39,152 nucleotides of DNA from an uncultured Candidatus Cloacimonadota bacterium (GTDB lineage Bacteria > Cloacimonadota > Cloacimonadia > Cloacimonadales > Cloacimonadaceae): NCBI GenBank assembly GCA_964634035.1, contig CAZWJK010000006.1, positions 10,053-49,204 on the forward strand, read 5' to 3'. The notes under the pieces were generated by a model. The model was given only the letters and a program-made list of their open reading frames with translations. It was not told where the DNA came from and made no database searches. Shown here one piece after another: positions 34,998-39,152 of the stretch. A program made the position numbers and the translations under genes. The stretch's first letter is position 1. The number at the start of each line of letters is the position of its first letter.

Positions 34998-35971
34998 AGA
35001 AAAACTGCCTGATCATCCTAACCGGCGGCACCATCGGAATGAAGATGTCTGACAGCCTGGGAGTCGTTCCTACAGATGAGTTTGCCGGTTTTCTGAAATC
35101 ATTCCCTCAACTTAATTCCATCGCTAATGTCGAGGTATATGAGTTTTCCAATATTCCCAGTCCATATATGACTCCTACTAAGATGTTTGAATTGGCAAAA
35201 CTGATAGACCTGAAAGCGATCGATTATGACGGAGTTGTTGTTACGCATGGCACAGATACCATGGAAGAAACAGCCTATCTGTGCGACCTGGTTCTGACCA
35301 CCCGTAATCCTGTAATCTTCACCGCAGCTATGCGCAGCGGCAGCGATCTTGGACTGGACGGTCCGCGTAATATTATAGGTGCTGTCAGGGTTGCCTGTCA
35401 TCACGATTCCGTGGACAAAGGTGTCCTGGTTGTTATGAATGATGAGATCCACACAGCGCGCGATGTGGTAAAGTCTGACACAGGCAAGCTGGATTCCTTT
35501 GCATCAATGGGTTACGGACCCTTGGGCATTGTGGATGCTGATCAGGTGGTGTATCACAGAGTAACTTTGAACCGTGAATCCGTCTGGACCGACAAACTGG
35601 AAACCAACATCGATCTGATCAAAGCCACAGCCGGTATGGATGGAAGATACATCCATTGCTCGCTAGAGAAAGGCGCCAAGGCCATTGTCATTGAAGCCAT
35701 GGGACGCGGCAATCTGCCTGATTATCTTGAAAAAGATATCAAAACTGCCATAGAAAAAGGTGTTTTAATCGTTATTACATCCAGAACCTACACCGGCAGG
35801 GTCTTGCCTGAGTATGGTTACATCGGTGGCGGCAAGCATCTGCAAAGCATCGGCGCAATTTTGGCAGGTGACATGCAGGGTATTAAAGCGCGTCTCAAAC
35901 TGATGGCTTTGTTCGGTAAATATGAAGACCCGGCAGTTGTGAAAAAGTTCTTTCTCAACAGCGTTATCTGA
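34994..35971 (+). CDS. ansA: L-asparaginase, type I (cytoplasmic AnsA-like)
   Basis: ILTGGTIGM (catalytic Thr motif) and VVTHGTDTMEETA. The ATG at 34994 overlaps the queC stop (ATGA). The upstream part of the tracked ORF (34910) lies inside queC. Confidence 0.85.
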   Translation: MKKNCLIILTGGTIGMKMSDSLGVVPTDEFAGFLKSFPQLNSIANVEVYEFSNIPSPYMTPTKMFELAKLIDLKAIDYDGVVVTHGTDTMEETAYLCDLVLTTRNPVIFTAAMRSGSDLGLDGPRNIIGAVRVACHHDSVDKGVLVVMNDEIHTARDVVKSDTGKLDSFASMGYGPLGIVDADQVVYHRVTLNRESVWTDKLETNIDLIKATAGMDGRYIHCSLEKGAKAIVIEAMGRGNLPDYLEKDIKTAIEKGVLIVITSRTYTGRVLPEYGYIGGGKHLQSIGAILAGDMQGIKARLKLMALFGKYEDPAVVKKFFLNSVI

Positions 35972-36091
35972 TTATCCCTATTCTGATAAACCTTTTTCCA
36001 GCCTTTATCTATAACACAGACCGAACACACTTCCAACATAAGAAATAGTCGAAAAACGGCTTTATCCTGCATGCATATAGGTTTACTTGTC

Positions 36092-36132
36092 TGAATAAAA
36101 CAAAGGCATGCACAATGGGAAATGCATGCCTT
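36092..36132 (-). terminator. Intrinsic terminator after the GcvT-family gene
   Basis: AAGGCATGCA (36103-12) and TGCATGCCTT (36123-32) form a 10-bp stem. On the minus strand it is followed by TTGTTTTATT, and it lies 33 nt past the stop. Confidence 0.55.
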
Positions 36133-36164
36133 GGGACAAATTGACTATTTATCTTAATCTAAGA

Positions 36165-37553
36165 TCAGAGGTTCTCGATATTCTTTAGAGGTTTGGATGC
36201 TGTGGCAGGCGATACGCCTTCTGCTGTGATATAACCTAAAACCGGTGTTCCGGTCGGCTTTTTGTTTTCATCTTCACGGAAAAATTCAACATGGATCCGG
36301 ACAGGTTGGTCATTGACTGATGTGATCTCTTTGCCTTCGGCATCAAGTTCAAATGGTGTCTTGTAAAGCCAACCGAGACCGATGGCAGCTACTCCTTCCG
36401 GTCCAAGAACATTCTTGCGAGATGAACCAATGGCAAGGCGCTTTTCTTCAGAGACATTGGGTGAATTGATGCTGGAAGTCACGGAACCGATACGGACACC
36501 ATCTTTGTAAATGCCTCTTCCTGTCACGATGCCTTCAGTAATGAACAAAACCATTTTCTTGGTGGCACCTGCTTTGATTTCAGCGTCCAGAACAGCCTTG
36601 CCTATGAATTCAGGTTTAGTCATGTCAATGGCGGCATCAAACAGGGGCGCGTTAACCGGCGTGTGCTGCGGATCATATTCCTGGCCCATGAGCGGAAGAC
36701 CAACTGGGCCTGCAGAAATGCGGTTTTCATCACGACCACCCAAGCCGACCAGTTTTCCACCCAAATTAAGAGCTTCGGTTACAATGCGCTTGAACTGCTC
36801 CTCAGCAACTTCAACAGGAATATAGGTTTCCCAGCCCCACCGGTTGGTATAACCTGTGCGGCTAAGCAGATAGGTGTGCCCTTCAAACTCAAAGACATTA
36901 AAGGTGAAGAAATTCATGTTCTTTTCGGGCTGGTAGCGGTTTTTCAGACAAGCTTCACCATAGAGTTTTTTCAGTAGTTTATAAGAATAAGGTCCCTGCA
37001 CATCGATCTTGACAAACTTGTCTGAGACGTCAAAGGCATTGACCTCTTCCCCATCTTTTTTATGAAACATGATTCTATCTATGTCGGCAATGTATTTGTG
37101 GCTCTGGCCGGGTTCCGGAGTGTCTGTGATATCATGTCCTGCGTTGATCACAGCGACGAATTCGTCATCCTTTACTTTCATGATGATCATGTCATCCTGG
37201 ACACCGCCTTTGTCATTGAGCAAGAGTGTGTATTTGCACTGCCCGATCTTCATATCCAGGATGTTGGCACCAACGGTTCTATGCAAAAGTGCAGCAGCAT
37301 CTTTGCCATTGAAAACGATCTGAGCCATATGGTCGATGTTATAGACTGCAACTTTATTTACGGCTTTGGCTTCATCCAGGACCGAGGTCAGATAATTGAC
37401 AGCCATGTTATATTGGCCGAAGTTGCTTCGCTTGACAGATTGTACGGGCAGATTTAGTTTCTCCGCCAAAAGAGGAAGATACCATTGCTCTTCGAGATGC
37501 GTGACAAAAGTCTTGCGTGGCTCAACCGGCAGATTAAAACCGTATTTTTTCAT
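36165..37553 (-). CDS. Aminomethyltransferase (GcvT) family folate-binding protein, long form (about 460 aa)
   Basis: The MAQIVFNGKDAAALL, YTLLLNDKGGVQDDMII and LSRTGYT..GWE segments match the GcvT/DmdA/LigM-type fold signature. The ATG at 37553 has GGAG upstream, and 37583 is the alternative. Confidence 0.7.
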   Translation of the reverse strand: MKKYGFNLPVEPRKTFVTHLEEQWYLPLLAEKLNLPVQSVKRSNFGQYNMAVNYLTSVLDEAKAVNKVAVYNIDHMAQIVFNGKDAAALLHRTVGANILDMKIGQCKYTLLLNDKGGVQDDMIIMKVKDDEFVAVINAGHDITDTPEPGQSHKYIADIDRIMFHKKDGEEVNAFDVSDKFVKIDVQGPYSYKLLKKLYGEACLKNRYQPEKNMNFFTFNVFEFEGHTYLLSRTGYTNRWGWETYIPVEVAEEQFKRIVTEALNLGGKLVGLGGRDENRISAGPVGLPLMGQEYDPQHTPVNAPLFDAAIDMTKPEFIGKAVLDAEIKAGATKKMVLFITEGIVTGRGIYKDGVRIGSVTSSINSPNVSEEKRLAIGSSRKNVLGPEGVAAIGLGWLYKTPFELDAEGKEITSVNDQPVRIHVEFFREDENKKPTGTPVLGYITAEGVSPATASKPLKNIENL

Positions 37554-37615
37554 GTAGAGCTCCATTCTTGCTGCAGACAGCAATCAAGTTTATTCAAATT
37601 GGATAGTAAGACAGA

Positions 37616-37876
37616 TTAGGACTTCTTACTTCTGACCTTCTCCCATTTTTTAATTATATCGTTCCGGATAGTTTTCAATTCCTTGAAAACATCAAACCAG
37701 TCATTGAAATGATAGTTGTGACTTACTCTGATATACTTACTGCCTTTAAGTCTGACCGTAAAGGACAAGACACTCTCTGTGATAGTCTTAGAATCATAAC
37801 CTGCGTCTTTTATCTCAGAGACATCCTCAATCTTTTCAATATCAAAGCTGGTCCCATCAGCCAATATGTACTTCAT
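37616..37876 (-). CDS. Hypothetical small protein (86 aa)
   Basis: The ATG at 37876 is preceded by AGAGGGA. A TTG at 37894 is the alternative. No recognised motif. Confidence 0.4.
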   Translation of the reverse strand: MKYILADGTSFDIEKIEDVSEIKDAGYDSKTITESVLSFTVRLKGSKYIRVSHNYHFNDWFDVFKELKTIRNDIIKKWEKVRSKKS

Positions 37877-38008
37877 ATTTATCCCTCTTGTCAAAACCTG
37901 ATATTAACAATTTTTAAACGCTATTTCTTGGCAAGTATTTTTTAGACCATAAATACAGAAGGGATAAGTAGTATACATATCCCATCCGTATATTGCGTTA
38001 ATTAACAA

Positions 38009-38028
38009 AGCGTTTCAGCATGAACGCT
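38009..38028 (-). terminator. Possible terminator hairpin after the FN3 surface-protein gene
   Basis: AGCGTT / AACGCT form a 6-bp stem with an 8-nt loop, 20 nt past the stop. On the minus strand it is followed by TTGTTAATT. Confidence 0.3.
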
Positions 38029-38048
38029 ACTAATAATACTCAGAATAA

Positions 38049-39152
38049 TCAAGGTTGTCTAAATGAATTATAAGTTCTTTCATCAGTAGCGGTTACTCTA
38101 TAGAATTTGAAAGTCTGTGCTGCCGTATCTGTATATTGGATTCCTGTCACATTGGTGATGAGTGCAAAACCGCTGTTAGGATCATCAGAGCCATAGATCT
38201 TGTAAGCTGATGCGCCATTCACTGCTGGCCAGGACAGCCTGACACCATTGGTCACGGTTTCGATTGTGACTTCGGGAGCAGATAGGCTGATAGGTATTGC
38301 TGTTAGCTTAATATTCGGACGTCTATTGGTAGTACCAAAATTCGATGTGAATTCATTAGCAGTGTTTATGACATCACTTACATAAGCGCGAAAACCATAT
38401 GTCATGGATGTGTATTGCAAAGTTCCAGATTGATCTACTGATCCTACCAGGTCAAATGCAGTGTCAACAACTAAATTTTCTGTGCCATTCCAAAGAAAGG
38501 GAGTGGATAGTGTAAGCAAGTCAAATCCACCTGCCACAGGAGTATAGGATGTATTGAAATATACAGTGATCAAATTATCAGCTGATTGGAAATTAGCCAT
38601 ATTAGCATCAGAAGTATGTTTCATACGGATCAAATAATTAGGCAAGGATTGTGTTGGAGCAGTATTTACATTAAACCCGAAATGAGTGATATAGCAAGGT
38701 CCCACAATGCCTGCCGTGTTTAACTCAGTTGCGGTATATATAGACTGATGATGAACGCTTCTGTAAGAAGTATTGATTGGACTTACATAATTATGACCAG
38801 TCATAAGAGTTCCGGTTCCTATTATAGCTGTAACTGGAACAATCTCTGTAGGAGTAGCCTGTACAGTATTTGATGCTGCGGATTCACCAGATGGATTGAC
38901 ATATACGGTTGTTACATAATAGGAATAAGTAACACCGTTGGTAAGGCCTGTGTCCTGATAGGTCAGATTGGAAGTAGTGGTTATGGGAGTACCATTCCGA
39001 TAGACTCTATAGCCGCTGATCGTTCTTTCGTTACTATCTCTATTGCCAGCAAACTCTCTACCAGTTGCTCCAGACCAACTCAGGTTAACTATTCCATTTC
39101 CGGGCACTGCTGTCAGATTGGTTGGAGGAATTGCATTGGGAGTAGCGATCAC
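38049..39152 (-). CDS. Secreted/surface protein with fibronectin type III repeats flanking an unassigned ~200-aa domain; N-terminus outside window
   Basis: There are two FN3-like modules (PTNLTAVPGNGIVNLSW...YRVYRNG...YSYYVTTVY and VRLSWPAVNGASAYKIYGS...FKFYRVTA). The ORF runs to the window edge. Confidence 0.65.
   Translation of the reverse strand: MIATPNAIPPTNLTAVPGNGIVNLSWSGATGREFAGNRDSNERTISGYRVYRNGTPITTTSNLTYQDTGLTNGVTYSYYVTTVYVNPSGESAASNTVQATPTEIVPVTAIIGTGTLMTGHNYVSPINTSYRSVHHQSIYTATELNTAGIVGPCYITHFGFNVNTAPTQSLPNYLIRMKHTSDANMANFQSADNLITVYFNTSYTPVAGGFDLLTLSTPFLWNGTENLVVDTAFDLVGSVDQSGTLQYTSMTYGFRAYVSDVINTANEFTSNFGTTNRRPNIKLTAIPISLSAPEVTIETVTNGVRLSWPAVNGASAYKIYGSDDPNSGFALITNVTGIQYTDTAAQTFKFYRVTATDERTYNSFRQP

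Overview
The window is a gene-dense, mostly housekeeping stretch of bacterial chromosome. I call 35 CDS and one tRNA-Asp(GTC), with many 1-16 nt start/stop overlaps. A near-continuous minus-strand block runs from about 26.7 kb down to 7.3 kb. The DUF849/BKACE protein at 16394-17224 looks, from memory only, very close to the characterised 3-keto-5-aminohexanoate cleavage enzyme of Candidatus Cloacimonas acidaminovorans. That would fit an anaerobic amino-acid-fermenting Cloacimonadota-like genome, but I could not run a search.

Gene content by region:
- LPS/envelope genes: a GT9 heptosyltransferase, an ATP-grasp protein, a TagF-like glycerophosphotransferase and WaaA.
- RNA and tRNA metabolism: TcdA, MiaB, RNase R, YicC and QueC.
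- Nucleotide and cofactor genes: class II RNR NrdJ, FolE2 and ApbE.
- Others: MurI, DinB, a DAHP synthase, an M16 peptidase and an orphan HgdC-type activase.
- A right-hand amino-acid-catabolism cluster: an MFS transporter, a multi-cofactor Fe-S flavoprotein, a DAO-type flavoprotein, QueC, an asparaginase and a convergent long GcvT-family protein.

I found no transposase, integrase, CRISPR array, toxin-antitoxin pair or recognisable defence system. There is no clear-cut novel system here.

The observations most worth follow-up are:
1. Two intergenic arrays (4441-4495 and 29005-29072) that each carry three CGG[GA]A[AT]-type cores phased exactly 11 bp apart and can also fold into strong hairpins.
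2. The compact two-gene sarcosine-oxidase / archaeal-proline-dehydrogenase-like system with its THF-enzyme neighbour.
3. A queC whose essential SGGxDS motif lies upstream of any canonical start codon.
4. A 282-bp structured leader in front of kce-nrdJ.
5. An AmmeMemoRadiSam-type radical SAM gene lacking its usual partners and coupled to a NusG-domain-II membrane protein.
6. An ATP-grasp plus TagF-like pair embedded in an LPS-core operon.

All functional calls rest on motif recognition by eye and need homology searches to confirm.
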